DNA from: Sphaerodactylus townsendi
Lineage: Eukaryota
DNA length: 64,000 nt
Direction of reading: 5' to 3'
Assembly (NCBI RefSeq): GCF_021028975.2
Contig: NC_059433.1
Span: forward strand, 29,264,001 to 29,328,000
Below the pieces are notes generated by a model. The model did not search any database. It was not told the origin of the DNA and saw only the letters and a list, made by a program, of their open reading frames with translations. The translations under genes and the position numbers were made by a program. The first letter of the stretch is position 1, and each line of letters opens with the position of its first letter. Positions 1 to 13,307 of this stretch are shown piece after piece.

Positions 1-597
1 GGGGAGTGCGATGCAGGGCTGCTCAGGGCGCATATACGGGCTGAGAGCATGGCCTTTGCGCAGCACTCAGGGGGGGGGGATCATGCTGAGTGGGGAAATG
101 CCCAGAATTGCCAGGGGTGTGTGTGTGTGTGGGGGGGGGGGGTGAGAACAGGGAGGTCTGCCCACCTTTGGAGTCCATACATTTGGGTAGATCATGTCAT
201 GTGATGTGTTTTCATATCATGTTTGGGTTGGGGTTAAGTGGTGTGAGGAGACCACAAACGTTGGTAGGGGGTACATCATGCTCTGGTCAGTACTGCTGTC
301 AACAGGTGACTTCAGCAGAGGGGAAACTGATAGAGCGATTCCTATGCAGAAACTCAGGATGGAGTGACTCTGCATAGGTTAGTACTGAAAGGCAATGGTT
401 GGAAAAAAAGAAGAGAGTTTCATGTGAGAGAGATTCTTGAATTTTCAGAGCCTAAGAATCCTGTTTATCCAAAGTCTGTGTCTGCTGCTTTCTGATAAAC
501 AGTATGAGGTGTTTAAGCAGAGCTTCTACGGTAGATGAAGGAAGGTTTGCTACCCATTTGTGCTTTTTATTAATTAAATATTGAGAGCAGCGTTCTT

Positions 598-1060
598 AAT
601 ATGCTGATGACACCCAGTTGTATCTGATGATGACTGGTCAGCCGGATGCTGTGATGGAATGGATGAAGGAGAGCTGGCTGGAATTAAACCCATCAAAGAC
701 AGAGGTCCTGTGGCTGAGCTGAAGAGGGCAGGCAGGAGAGTTCAGTTGGTGAGTCTTGACAGGGTGCAACTGGCAGCCTATCTGTCCCAAACTGACTTAG
801 TCGCAGTGATCCATGCCACAGATACGTCTAGACTGGATTACTGTAATTCACTTTACTCAGGGCTACCCTTGGGCATGCTCTGGAAACTGGTCCAGAATAT
901 AGCAGCAAGGGTTCTTATTGGATCCTCGTGGTGAGCATACATTCAGTCTGCCAGCTGCATTGACTCCAGGAGGACCTCTGGGTCACGTTCAAGGTTTTCA
1001 TACTAACGTACAAAGCCTAAATGGTCTGAGGCCTGCATACTTACAGGACAGTCTCATTAC
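598..1060 (+). mobile_element. Degenerate L2/CR1-group LINE ORF2 fragment
   Basis: Encodes a YADDTQLY reverse-transcriptase motif at about 600-627 and LDYCNSLYSGLP (ORF 659-934). The frame is disrupted. Confidence 0.75.
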
Positions 1061-1200
1061 ATCCCCTAAAGCCACTGGCGAAGCTACCAGGGGACAGGGG
1101 GGGTGCTGCACACCAGGTACATGGTTTTGAGTCACGTGGGGGGCAGAAAATTCCCCCAGACCCCTCCCCCCTTCCCCTCACTTGTGGCCTCCCACTTGGC

Positions 1201-1638
1201 GCCCCCCCCCCTGGGGGTGGTGGGGGGGGGGGTGGGGTGGTGGGCGGGGGTGGGGGCGGTGGGGGGGGGGGGTGGGGGGGGGGGGGGGGGGGGGGGAGGG
1301 GGGTTGGGGGGGGGGGTGGAGGGGGGGGGGGGAGTGGGGTGGGGGGGGGGNNNNNNNNNNNNNNNNNNNNNNNNNNNNNNNNNNNNNNNNNNNNNNNNNN
1401 NNNNNNNNNNNNNNNNNNNNNNNNNNNNNNNNNNNNNNNNNNNNNNNNNNNNNNNNNNNNNNNNNNNNNNNNNNNNNNNNNNNNNNNNNNNNNNNNNNNN
1501 NNNNNNNNNNNNNNNNNNNNNNNNNNNNNNNNNNNNNNNNNNNNNNNNNNNNNNNNNNNNNNNNNNNNNNNNNNNNNNNNNNNNNNNNNNNNNNNNNNNN
1601 NNNNNNNNNNNNNNNNNNNNNNNNNNNNNNNNNNNNNN
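1201..1638. other. Poly-G-rich low-complexity stretch followed by a 288-nt assembly gap (N, 1351-1638)
   Basis: Seen directly. The G-run abuts the gap. Confidence 0.95.
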
Positions 1639-3620
1639 GGGTGGGGGGAGCATCGTAGTGTGGCCCCTTGTGGCATCTTTCAGTCACTTTAAAATGGAAT
1701 TGTTGTCCTCGTGGTGGCCCATGAGGATACATCTTATCTATGAGTCATGCAGACTGCATGATATCAAGTTGCCCGGTGGTTTCCACCAAGCCCAGCCACA
1801 GTGTATCCTCCCTCAAAGGTCAAAACAGTCCTGGAAAGACCCCTTCCCCTCCATCTGCTTTTTACTGACCAAAGCAAAGGTCTGAATGCTGACAATCTTG
1901 TTGTGATTATCTAGGCCACCCAACTATCGCCACTGAGAAGACATTTATTTCAGAAAACTGCTGGTACTGCTTCTATCATTTGAGGAGGTTTTTAAAAATC
2001 TTTTTTAACTTCAGATTTTTCTGGGGCTTTTTTTCAGATTTGCAGAAATATCTGTCTTCTCTGTCCATGGTTCCAGTCCCTGGATTTAAGTATCCGCACA
2101 TTTCGCCTTGTTGAGAATCAGATATGTCGATGGTTATCAGTTTCGTTTCCTTAGCAATACACCACAGTGAAAATGGCCATTAAAAATATACAAATGTGCC
2201 TTTGAAACCTCAGTTAATTGAAATTTGCTCCCGCTAGTCAAATTAAAGTTGGAATATTCTTCTAACACTAGGGTTCTTGGAGGTCCCAAGAGTGCTCCAT
2301 GTGAGTCCCTGAAGCACCAGGCTATGGGAATGGTTGCCTGTCAAGTATGGAATGGCATTGCCCTTCTCCTCTGTGATCCTGGTTGTGTCTGGAAAAGAAT
2401 AGGCACTGTTGCTGTGTGGTGCCACACAACACTCAAAGCCACCCATATGGTAAAACACTGAGACAGGAAGGGGGAGGAAGTATGGATGCTGCTTTCTAGG
2501 GGCCCTTTCTGCACAATCCAAACAAAACCTTTTCAGGAAGGAAATAAAATGATGGAATTCTGCAACATTTTTTTGCCTGAAACATTTTACTGCCAGTCTC
2601 AAAGCGGTTTATTTGCATGCTGTTCCCTGGCAATTCTTTTTTTCTGAAAATGTTTTGAAAATGTTTTCACTTTCTATGCAGTCTCTTTAAGACATTTCCC
2701 ACACCTCCCAGATTTTCTTCGGTGCCATTTTCTAAGCTTGCGCTGGCCCTCTTGCTATATTTCTGTTCGGTCTGTTTTTTTATTTCAGGGGGTTGTTTCT
2801 TTGAAGCGATGAAGACACAACCCCTAGAGAATCAGGGGTTGAAGCCTTAAAACATCGGATCCATGGGGTTAAAAACAACACAGAATGACCACAAAATGGC
2901 AGCCAGGAATACTTTTGAATGGGCAAGTGTGAACAAATGGAGGAAAATTGAAAACGTTTTGCAGATGCTTTCAACAACTTATGAAGAATGGGCCAAAAAA
3001 GTCTCTCAGCAGCCAGTAAAACATTTCCTGATTAAACAGGCTGGAGAGGATCACACAGACCACTGCTGTGTAGACAGGCAAGATATCCTGGCTGAGGGGA
3101 AGTGTAAATTCATGGTTTCATCTGTCTCCTGCTGTTGCCTGTCCACCCATTGTACTGAGGGCTCTTCTTGGTTGTGCAGTGGGAGGAGATTATGTATGTG
3201 GTGACGTTATCAGTGCATAACACTATAATTAATGGGTGTCAGCAGAGTTGCCATGGGTGTTGTGGGAGCAGCTGTCGGCATTATCTCTTTGTTTCTGGGA
3301 ATTCATAAGATGTAGCCTACATTAAATGACATAGCTGTGATACAGGTGTTGTTGCATATTGGAACCACAGGATTACAAAGCAATAAGGCTGAACTTTGCA
3401 GCCCTAATCTTCATTTAAAGCTACAGGCACTATTTACTCCCTTTGGGTTTTGGTGGGGAATGGAAGCATGCATTGCATAGCATGGTTTCTCCGAATACAC
3501 TTCCTGTTTCATGCTATGATAGAAATCTGTAGTTCCTGATTCTGCTTTGATTCCCTGTGTTCTTCTGCACAGTGCTTGTGGCCATTTAAAGGTTAAACAT
3601 CTGGAGAAATAGAAGTTTAC

Positions 3621-6600
3621 CTGGGCAGTGGTTCAGGATAAGTGACATCCAAAGCGGCACCCTTAATATGTCCAGTTTGAAGAGCTTCCACAAGTGCATC
3701 TTGATCTACAACTGATCCTGAACAGAAGTCACCAAATAAAAAGGCATTTAATACAAATTAGGGTACCTATAGTGTAATATCCAGCTCTGTGACAGTATGG
3801 ATGCTGCTTAAGGCATATAATGTATAAACTTCTCAAGTAATTATATCCTTTGATGCCTGGAGTGCTTTTCTTCCACCAACACCAGAGGCTGATATATTGA
3901 ACAAAAATTGTCACATCTTTGCAGGGCTGGATCTGGGGGAGGGCAAAGGGGGCAACGCAGAGAGAGGGTGGTGGTAGGAGAAGGAGGAGGCTCAGTTGTC
4001 TGGAAAATATTGTTTGTTCTGCAGTGTGTGTGCTCCTTTCCCCCAGACTGCTGCTAGGAAGTGGGGGAGATGTAGTTGCCCAGCAGAGATAGCTCATTCT
4101 GCAGTGCACGCCTCATCCCCTAATTAGGCTGCGGGTTGGAGGTCGAGGAAGCTAAATTGCCCAGCAGAGATACTTCATTTCATGATTAGGCTGCTGCTAG
4201 GAGGTGCGGGAGGCTCAACTGCACAAGAAAGGGATGGCCCATTCTGCAACACACATGCCCCATCCCTGATTAGGCTGCTGCTACCGTAGGAGGTGAGGGG
4301 AGATGTTCAAAGTTGTAGTTTAATGCAGTTACTTTCCTTGACCTTGCTAATCTTGTTCCTTTGCCTGGCCAAGGCCACCTCCACTTCTCCATCTGCTGGA
4401 CCTTCCAGTTCCTTATCTTCCCACCCCATCTCCTTTCAAGGACTGTGCATTGACAGTGGCTATGGTAAGCTTTGGTCATGCAAGACCTCTGGTGCAGGGT
4501 TGGGGGAGTAGTTGAAAATGCATTCTAAAACTAACAGGGGAGAAGAGTTTTGGGGCTGATGCCTGTTAATGGTTTAGATTAGAATGCCTGTTGAGCCCCT
4601 CTTTCCTACCCTCTTACATTGTGCTGGGCTGAGTTGCTGCAAGACCTGAATCAGGCTGGAATCGAATGGGGCAGAGGAGAAGAGGATGGGCTCTTGTCCC
4701 TCCCCATACTTTAAAACTGGAAGTTGGCTTATGCTTGGCTTTCCCAAAGGCCATGAGTAGACCTGCGCCCTCATCTGATAGGTTTGGCCTTTCCCAAAGA
4801 TGCTACTTTTACACCTTGAGAAAGGAGGGGCAGGACACGAAGGGCGGACCTGTTTTCATCTGTTATGTGCCATCAAGTTGTTCCTGACTTATGAATCAAC
4901 AGCCTTGCTTATCAAGTCATGCAAACTAAGACTGTGGCTTCCTTTATTGAGTCAATCAATCTCATAGTCTGTTCCCCTGTTTTCCTGCTGTCTTCAACAT
5001 TTCCTGGCCTTATTGTTTTTCCAACGAGTTGATTCCAGTGTCTAAAATACAGCAGCTTCAGTTTAGTCATTTTAGCTTCTCGCAGCAGAATTACCAGATA
5101 ACATTTTTCCTTCGGCTGTACTGTATCAGGCTGTGAAGGAACGTGAGGTGGTTTGGTGTTTCCCATGTCAAAATTATGTGTCTTGTATTTTTAAAATGTC
5201 TGGGAAAAGGCTAGTTTCTCCTCGGGTTGTGTTTTTATGTGTGCAGAGAAGTTGACGGAACATGCAAACATTATAGGTAGATAAAATAGTGTAAAAAGTT
5301 TAATTATTCATTAACATTTCATAGAATTCAACATAATTTATCCTGTCATTAAAAGAGTTGTTTATTATGTACATACTAGCAGGGCCCAGCCACGCGTTGC
5401 TGTGGCTTATTATGGTGAAATGGGAAAGGAACAGTGGCAGCAAATCAATTGCAGAGGCCAGCAGTACATGCTCATGCAAACACGCAGCCTGATACTGTGC
5501 GATGTCAGTGATGTGTGTGCCTGGATTCCTTGGGGGGGGGGGGCACACATCTAGGCTGGCTGGTCATGATCCGTTACCTGGGAGTAAGTTTGGTTGGTGG
5601 CAATGGGTGTCGCTTCTGAGGAAACCCTCTGAGGGGCGCGACGCAGCCATTCAAAGTATGTCACGGTTGTTGTACCGAGCTTACTCCTGAGTAATGCATG
5701 CCTGGTTTTCTTAACTGTAACCGCAACATTCCGGGAATCTAGGGTGCCTGGCTCCTCCCTCCCGTCCCTTGCATGTCGCCCCTCCCTCACTTCTCTTCCT
5801 TTGCATGCCACCCCTCCCCCTCCCTCCCTTCCCTTTCCCTCCGCTAGGGTGGGTGGGTCATATCAAGATGCTGGGCCCCCTGCCTCCCCTCCCTTGCATG
5901 CCACCCCTCACTCTCTCACTTCTCTTCCCTTGCATGCCACCCCTCCCTCTCCCTCGTGGTATGTGTGTGTACGTGTTTCACTTCCACTCGAGTTACTGCC
6001 TATGTACTGTTTCCACTGCTCATATCTGGCCATCTGAGTGAACATTCTAAGCTGCACATACATTCTAAGGGTGATAGTTACACACAGGCAGCTGCATGTC
6101 CTTCACCATGGAGCACCAGGAAAAAGGTGTTTTACCTGGGCCAGGTGTGAAATTTCAGGTATGTGAACATCTAAAAACACTCTCACCTGGCTGACTATAG
6201 TGGCTGGGAATTTTCAGAGGAATTGGGCCAGCAGTTAGTGAGTTATACTACCATTAACAAAAATACTGCCAGCTTTTTATATATATAGATATATAAAGAA
6301 GAAATATGTGTGTAACAGATGGGGGGTTACATTTAGTACTTTTGCTTTACTTTTGCTTAAAAATATAGATCCTATCCTGCTTCTTAGATTATTTATTTAC
6401 GGTATTTATTTAAGTATTAATCCCCTGCCTTATACTAGCATCTCTAGACAGCTCACATAAATCCATTATGTATTAGAACAGTGGTTCTCAACCTGGGGGT
6501 CGCAACCCCTTTGGGGGTCCAACAACCCTTTCACAGGGGTCGCCTAAGACTCTCTGCAGCAGTGTTCTCCATCTGTAAAATGGATAGATAGGGTTGGGAG

Positions 6601-9600
6601 ACACCACTACATGAGGAACTGTATTAAAGGGTCGCAGCATTAGGAAGGTTGAGAACCACTGTATTAGAATAACCCTGAGGTGATCCACAACAAATGAACA
6701 AGGTTTGCCAGACTTCATTATCATAAGCAACATGTACCAGGATATTAAGCTCCCTTGAACACAGGCATGGTTACAAATAGCCTTATGCTGCGTTATTATT
6801 TCACAGGAAGAATTTTCTTGTCCACCATGGTAGTGTAAGTTCTCTGTCAGCTCCTCCATTCCATTCCATCCCTAACCCATCTAAACTGGGCTTGTATTTT
6901 TATCAGTTCATCATATTGCCAAACTTTTGGATTTCTCAACACACAAACTTGCTTTGAGTAAACAGTTCTTTGTTAATCAGGCATTGCAAATAGCATCTGG
7001 TCTAAAACCGTCTATTAGTAGATGTTGCCTCTATATCTGTTCTCAGTGAAACTCTGGAAGTAACATTTAGTCTGTAAAAGATAAATAATCCTGATAATTC
7101 ATCTGGTCTCTAATATAGTTTATTTATTGCTATCTTTTGCAATAAGAGTTCAGTTTTCAATCCATATAATAAGATAAATGTTCATATGAATGTTACTAAT
7201 TTTCAACTTATATTGCATTGATCAGCTTGTATAAAGCCTGGGAAGCAATCTATGGTTCAAGTGCATTTTTAAGTGGCTATTTTATGACCTACCTCTAGAG
7301 ATATTTATGAGGGTAGCTGTAGGTTTCATCAGTTCGAGCTGCTTTTTCCCAATCAGTTTGTATGTCTGAGGTGTTAAACTGACAGCAAGCATCACAAAAT
7401 CAGACTGCTGGAGCAAATCTTCCATCTTCCGACAATAGCAGGCGCTCACAGCCAGTTCTTCATCTTCTTTCCTGACAGAAAATAATCATTGTGCAATTTT
7501 TGACAAGTACTTACTTATAGGAAAATTAAATTTTTGTTACAACTAGTAGCCCCATTTTGTAGATTACAGTCTGACCCTGGCAACTGAGATATCTAAGGAT
7601 CTATTTAAACAACAGGATACTCTTTGGCAAGTGTCCTCCTTCTATTAATTAATTGATTAAATAAATAAATAAATACATACATACATACATACATTTTTAA
7701 ACCGCCCACCCCCGAAGGGCTCTGGGCGGTGTACACCAGGCCAAACAATATTACACACAGTGGCCGAAAACAACATTACACATCATAAAATAACTTAAAT
7801 TTAAGCTAAAAACAGTTTACAGAATTCATAAAACCTAGCAGCATCAGAACAGTAGAATAGTGATTTGTAGGTTGCTGGTTGATTGATTGATTGACTGATT
7901 GACTGATGATTAACTAGGTCATCTTTTAATAATATCCACTCTGGAAAATCCAAGAGAAAGACATGTGGTGCAAGTCTAGCAATTTTTCCTCAGAGGTGAA
8001 TCTTACTCCCTGGTAAGTGTTTTAAAGGCCCTTTCCGCACGGGCCAAAAACGACGGCCTGGGGGCGGTAAAAACGCCGCCCCCAGGCCGCCGTTCGCACA
8101 GGCGGTGCTGCTGCAACGCAGCAGCGCCGACCTGACTGCGCTCCCCCTCCCCCAGGGCGGCGTCAGGCCGCCCTAAACAACAACCCTTTAAAGGGTTGTT
8201 GTTGAGGGGAAAGCGTCTTCCCGGCGGCGCGGTGCGAACCGCACCGCCGGGAACACGCTGTTTCCCCTTCCCTTTCCCATTTACCTCTCGTGTCGCCGTC
8301 CTGCTGGCCTCCTAAGTCCCTCCCTCACTGTCCTCCGACCCCTGGAGGTCGGAGGGCAGCGTGGGTGGGGCTGAGGAGGCCCGCAGGACGGAGTCACGAG
8401 CGGTAAATGGGAAAAAGAGGGGGGAAGGGGGGAAGAACGACCTCCGCCTCCACGCCGGCAGAATTCTTGCCGGCGTGGAGGCGCCTCGATGGCCGTGCGG
8501 AAACGGCCAAAGAGAGCAGCCTTAAGCTCCTTCCACCTTTGGCCCTAGTGTCTTCTCAGCCCGGCCCTTGTTACCAAAAAGAGGAAAAATAGAGCAGATA
8601 TTTTAATATTCACATTAATTTTTATAATAATCTTAATTAGATGGTGTGTTCTTTAGGAAAACACATATTTAAATTATTAGATACAATAGATGAGAATAGT
8701 ATTTCAGTTTACATTCTGACTCTGATGTTTCCTAGTTTAATTTGGCAAAGAATTTAACTGAATTACACAAGAAAGGTACAACTCTTAAGAAACTAAATAC
8801 TTTAAGTATTGGGCCTGTCAAATAACATGATATAATTTCTATGGGGAAAGTAGCAGAAAATATAAAGAGGCTTAAAGTAGGACACACATTGGCTCATCCG
8901 AAGAACGGGGTCTGGATTCTCTGTAGAGAACCAACTTCAAGTAAAAAGAAGGTGACTTTTTTATCCATCTGTGTCTTTAGTCTGAGAAAGAGTAAGGAGT
9001 TAGATCTGGTGCTAAATGTCATCCAACTAGATAAGTTTATTGATTTTACCTTTTTTTGGTTTTGTTTTAATGACTAAGATAGCTGTTAAAATTTCAGTCT
9101 CCCCTCACAAAACTATCCCTTTATCCACCCTCTTCAGTTTAGCAAGTACCACTTAACCCACTTCCTCCTTCCTTGGGTGATCAGAGTCCTTGTGTGCTGC
9201 TATTCTCTCCAAAGATTCAAACACTACATCTGAATCAATGTGAGCTAATCCTGGCCAATAGCTTGTATCTTGAATCTGTAGATATCTCGACAGTCACAGC
9301 TGTAAGTTCCCCACTGCCTTTTGTGTACTGGTCCATGGAAGAGAAACAGCATGACACCAGGATTTCCAGTATGTTCTGCTAGATGTTACCGAAAAGAAGA
9401 CTATATACATTTATAATGTGTTTTGTAACACATCAACATCTGTCACTTGTTTTTGTAACATTACTTCTGTCCTGCCATAAATATTGTTTAGGATACTACA
9501 GGGAAGATTAAATTAATCTCAACAAAACTTAAGTTGGGGGTTTGCTTTTTAACTCAAAAGGGAGAGGAGTCTAAAAACTGAGGCACCTCCTGGTCCAACT

Positions 9601-12600
9601 CTTCTGGCTGGAAAGTTGGCATGAACTCATCATATAATGAAGAGGATGTGGAGAAATATTGGAATGGCTACTTGCTCAGCTGTAACGTGCATTCACTTTT
9701 CCAAAGATTCCTGCTCAAGGACAGTGACATGATTGTGTACAAAGGTCCTAGATATCTTTTGGCATCCATTCCTCAAAACACTGGTTAGCTAACATCTACC
9801 CCAAGTACAATCATTTACTCTCCCTTCAGTATATTTGGCAGAAAGAGTAGTTCACCTTCTAAAACAGGTTCATGCCTGAAAATCAATTCACCAAGTTGCA
9901 CATACGGATCTTTTGCAAATGAAATGGGCACGAGGGGATTAAAAAAAAAACTTTACGAGGTGCTCATGTGATCTGCTTTATATGGGTCAAGACATGCATA
10001 TTTACCTTCTGTTCCTGTTGTGATAAAGGATTTTCATTTCAAAAGCTCTGGCCCTTTGAGCAATTTTGTAGCCAATGCTGCCCATTCCGACAATACCCAG
10101 AGTAGCCCCAGTGACTTCGTCTCCTAACATGTTCAAAGGGAAGTACTCAGTTTCTGGGGAAGTAGCCACCCGGCAACCTAAATAATAAAGAAATAAACAG
10201 TGTGCGAACATAGTGATGGTGGTGGGAGTTATAGAAAGGCAAGGTTTTAACAAAGGGGATTTCTATTTATTTTTGTGTCTCCTATTCGTGTTAGAGAAAC
10301 CCCTTCATATTTGAAAACTGGCTCCACAGGAAGTGGGAAGGGGCTATGAGGATTAGGAAACGCTAATATATTCAAGAGAAACAAGAAAGCATGCCCAAAA
10401 GGTGTTCACCTTCTGAACAAGCACTCACCTGACATTTGGACAATGGCTTTGTGTCAGGGGTGAACCCTATCTTTGTCCTGATTAATGGAAAACAGTACTG
10501 TTATTGTTTGAGTGGGAAAAAGTGTTGAGCAAAAGAGGACACTTATGTAAGTTGAATTCAGATTTTGAGAAGAAAGAAATATCTTTGGATATCTTTTTTC
10601 TCTCTCTGGGCCCCACCAGACACCAAACTGGTAAGCATTAATTTTGTACGATTTTCATCTTCGCCAGCTTGTCCTTCTGTTTTGTTTTCTAGGATAAGAT
10701 AGAGGTTGTCAAGAACTTGTTGGGAAGAGAGCTCCTGTCAAGGAGAAGATGGTGTAACCACCTTGACTACCGTACATAAAGGTATTGCAGTGGGCTTCCC
10801 TAGCAGACAAATGAATGTCTGATCTCTTAAAACAAACATTGATGCTCTTGATGTCTGGATGCCTTTTCTCTGCCTCTGGAATGTGACACCACTCCGAATG
10901 TGATGTTTGGACTTCTGACACTGATAGGAGATGGTGGGTGTGATGGAGAATATAGTCTGGAAGAAGTCTGGGAGGGTGTCAGGCTTTGAACAGTTTCTTG
11001 GAGGCTGGGAAGCAAACTGTCAGACAGTTGGTGCAGGAATATTTTGGGAGATGCATTGCAGTCTACTTCTAACTGTGTAAACTGACGCTTGTGTTTCAAA
11101 GACTCGCTCAAAGGAAAGCAACAGCCCAATCCAGAGCCCCTGATGATAGGGACAGTGCAGCTGCAATGCCACCCCACCTCTTCCAGAAAGCTATCTGGTG
11201 GTGCAGGTAGAGAGACAAAGCCAAAAAAAAGTTGCCCTCTATATGGTTCAATGGACTTGCGCCACCCAAAAGGCCCACCCCCCCAACGCCGATGTCCAAT
11301 TGGGACGCCTGTGCAACTCTGTGTGGGACGCCTGTGCAACTCTGCAATGGCTCAGACTTCTGGCTTTTGCCGCCGCAGAGCTGAGAGGTGGCTGGCCATT
11401 GGTGCCTTTGCCCCCTCTGTGGGTGCCCCTTGCACCAGTGGAGGGGGCAAATGTGTTGGCACAACCCCACACTGCCTCCTCTAAAGGATTCCCCCTCACC
11501 TTGGATTGGGCCATTAAGGTGCTTCCATATCAAAGTTTTGCTCCGTCTTGGCGTCCTTACTGCAGAGCTGTTTTTAGAAACATCCACATTATACCAACCT
11601 GAAAGTCTAAGCACCCTTATCGGGGCAAATTTCACTGAGTACTGTGGACCTTGATCTACAGTGGTGCTACTAGGTTTTTTAAAACTCGGGTTCCTTTTAA
11701 GCGTTTCAACTTTTTTGCCACATGGACATCTTTGGCTTAGAACCATTAAATAACAGGTTTTGGAATTGGTGTTTTATCACTATTTTTAGGATTAAGGTTT
11801 TAGTTATCACTGTTGTCAAAATAATGCTTTGCAAATGAAAGCAATAAATATAAGTTTATACGGGACCTAAGTTTTATGTGGAACCTACTACAGTTCTTCA
11901 GAGTCTGTAAGACAGAGCTATTCTATCAGACTTATGGTTGAGGACTACAATTGTGTCCATCTAGGAGGCCTCTTGTTACCCCTTCCACCCCTTTTCCTCC
12001 CTTTTGATGTAGTTTGGTGTAGTATCCCTCAACCAATCCCTTTGGTTATTGGTGCATTATCCCTCAAGTTTTAGACAGGTGCTGAGTTATGAGTCAGTAG
12101 TGTGGTGCGACAGCCAGAAATGCCAATGCAATTCTGGGCTGCATCAACAGGAGTATAGTGCCTAGACTGACGGACGTAACAGTACCACTCTATTCTACAC
12201 TGGTCAGATCTCACCTGGAATACTGTGACCGGTTGTGGGCACCACAATTCAAGAAGGATACTAACAACCTGTACCAGCTTGTCAATATCCTTCTTGAACT
12301 GGATTTGGTACATGTCCAGAGGAGAGCGACCAAAATGGTTAAAGGTCTGGATTTCATGTCTTATGAGTAGTTTGGGTACTAGGTATGTTTAGTCAGGAAA
12401 AGAAAAGGTTAAGGAATGACATGATAGCCATGTTTAAATATTTGAAGGGATATCATGCTGAAGGAGCAAGCTTGTTTTCTGCTGCTCCAGAGACTAGGAC
12501 AAGGAGTACTGGATTCAAGGTACAGGAAAAGAGATGTCCACCTAAACATTAGGAAGAACTTCCTGGAGGTAAGGGCTGTTTGACAGTGGATTATGCTGCC

Positions 12601-13259
12601 TTGGAGTGTGGTGGAGTCTCCTTCATTGTAGGTTTTTAAACAGAGGCTGGATGGCCATCTGTTGGGAGTCCTTTGATTGTGTATTCCTTCATGGCAGGGG
12701 ATGGGACTTGATGGCCCCCATGGTCCCTTCCAACTCTGTGATTCTATGCTAGGTATATTATTGGTTTTATGGGATTTTTATTGAGCTGGTGCAGGCTGTA
12801 AGCTGCCCTGAGTCCTTCTGATAAAACTGATAAACTAAACAATATGAGAAAACAGGCACAGCATAATGAATGCTTACCCTCAACGAGCCCTCTAGCAGCT
12901 GCCAGCAACAGGGCTATTCCAGTGTCTGCAGTGCTGCTGGAGACAGCGTTGGGACAATTAGCCGTCCTGACTCCAAAGTCTGCAATCAGCTTCAGGTCCA
13001 AGTGGTCCACTCCTGCACCTGAACTGGCAACCACTTTTAAGTTAGGGAGGCTCTTCAGAAGCTCTCGATCCATGACTGGTCTGTGCCACCATACATAAAC
13101 AGCTTTGACTTTTACACTAAGACAGGCTTTGTTTTCAAGAAACTCCTTCATGGTAACAAGGTGAAAGTGTTTCTTCAGAAGTGGCACATGTGATTCTAAG
13201 ATGCCAAATATTCCTCCCACTTCATTTACTAGCAGCACAGGCTGCTCTGGTCCTTCCAT
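3621..13259 (-). CDS. D-2-hydroxyacid dehydrogenase, GhrB/GRHPR-like (glyoxylate/hydroxypyruvate or '2-ketogluconate' reductase-like), paralogue B; 3'-partial
   Basis: Exons complement(12878..13262, ATG at 13259; 10006..10177; 7293..7471; 3621..3717), all GT-AG with compatible phases. Motifs: SSGAGVDHL, Rossmann GIVGMGSIG, YHNRNRR, INISRG (catalytic Arg), ALDVTYPEPLP (catalytic Glu). The terminal TPHIG exon was not found in the window. Confidence 0.9.
4860..5085 (-). mobile_element. RTE/BovB-like LINE 3' fragment
   Basis: Translation KMTKLKLLYFRH...GKTIRPGNVEDSRKTGEQTMRLIDSIKEAT resembles the C-terminus of RTE-clade ORFs. Confidence 0.7.
5376..6289 (-). mobile_element. Non-autonomous Helitron
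   Basis: The minus strand starts A|TCTATATATAAAAAG (6289) and ends GCAACGCGTGGCTGGGCCCTG-CTAG|T (5376). These are TC...CTAG termini inserted between A and T, with no TSD. Confidence 0.75.
6479..6661. mobile_element. hAT MITE, SPIN/URR1-like
   Basis: TIRs CAGTGGTTCTCAACC...GGTTGAGAACCACTG; perfect 8-bp TSD TATTAGAA (6471-6478, 6662-6669). Confidence 0.9.
8027..8508. mobile_element. GC/CpG-rich PIF/Harbinger-like MITE
   Basis: TIRs GGCCCTTTCCGCACGG...CCGTGCGGAAACGGCC, 3-bp flanks AAA/AAA, several internal palindromes. Confidence 0.75.
12075..12748 (+). mobile_element. CR1 LINE 3' fragment
   Basis: VPLYSTLVRSHLEYC...WAPQFKKD...VQRRATKMVKGL, plus the CR1 3' end GGTCCCTTCCAACTCTGTGATTCTATG. Confidence 0.9.
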
Positions 13260-13307
13260 GATCTGTAACAAGGATGAAAGGCAACTCTTCTGCTAAACAG
13301 TCTAAAG

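Noticed and set aside
1041-1885. Long Pro-rich and Gly-rich ORFs, and G-quadruplex potential
   Set aside because: They arise from a poly-G run next to an N gap. This is probably low-quality contig-end sequence, and the ORFs simply read through the Ns.
2243-2602. Minus-strand ORF as the possible last exon of paralogue B
   Set aside because: No RDH/TPHIG motif and no similarity to paralogue A's last exon.
10827-11746. Cluster of overlapping 130-212 aa ORFs
   Set aside because: They overlap a GC-rich interspersed repeat that also appears at about 22.3, 30.4 and 40.7 kb. No recognisable domain.
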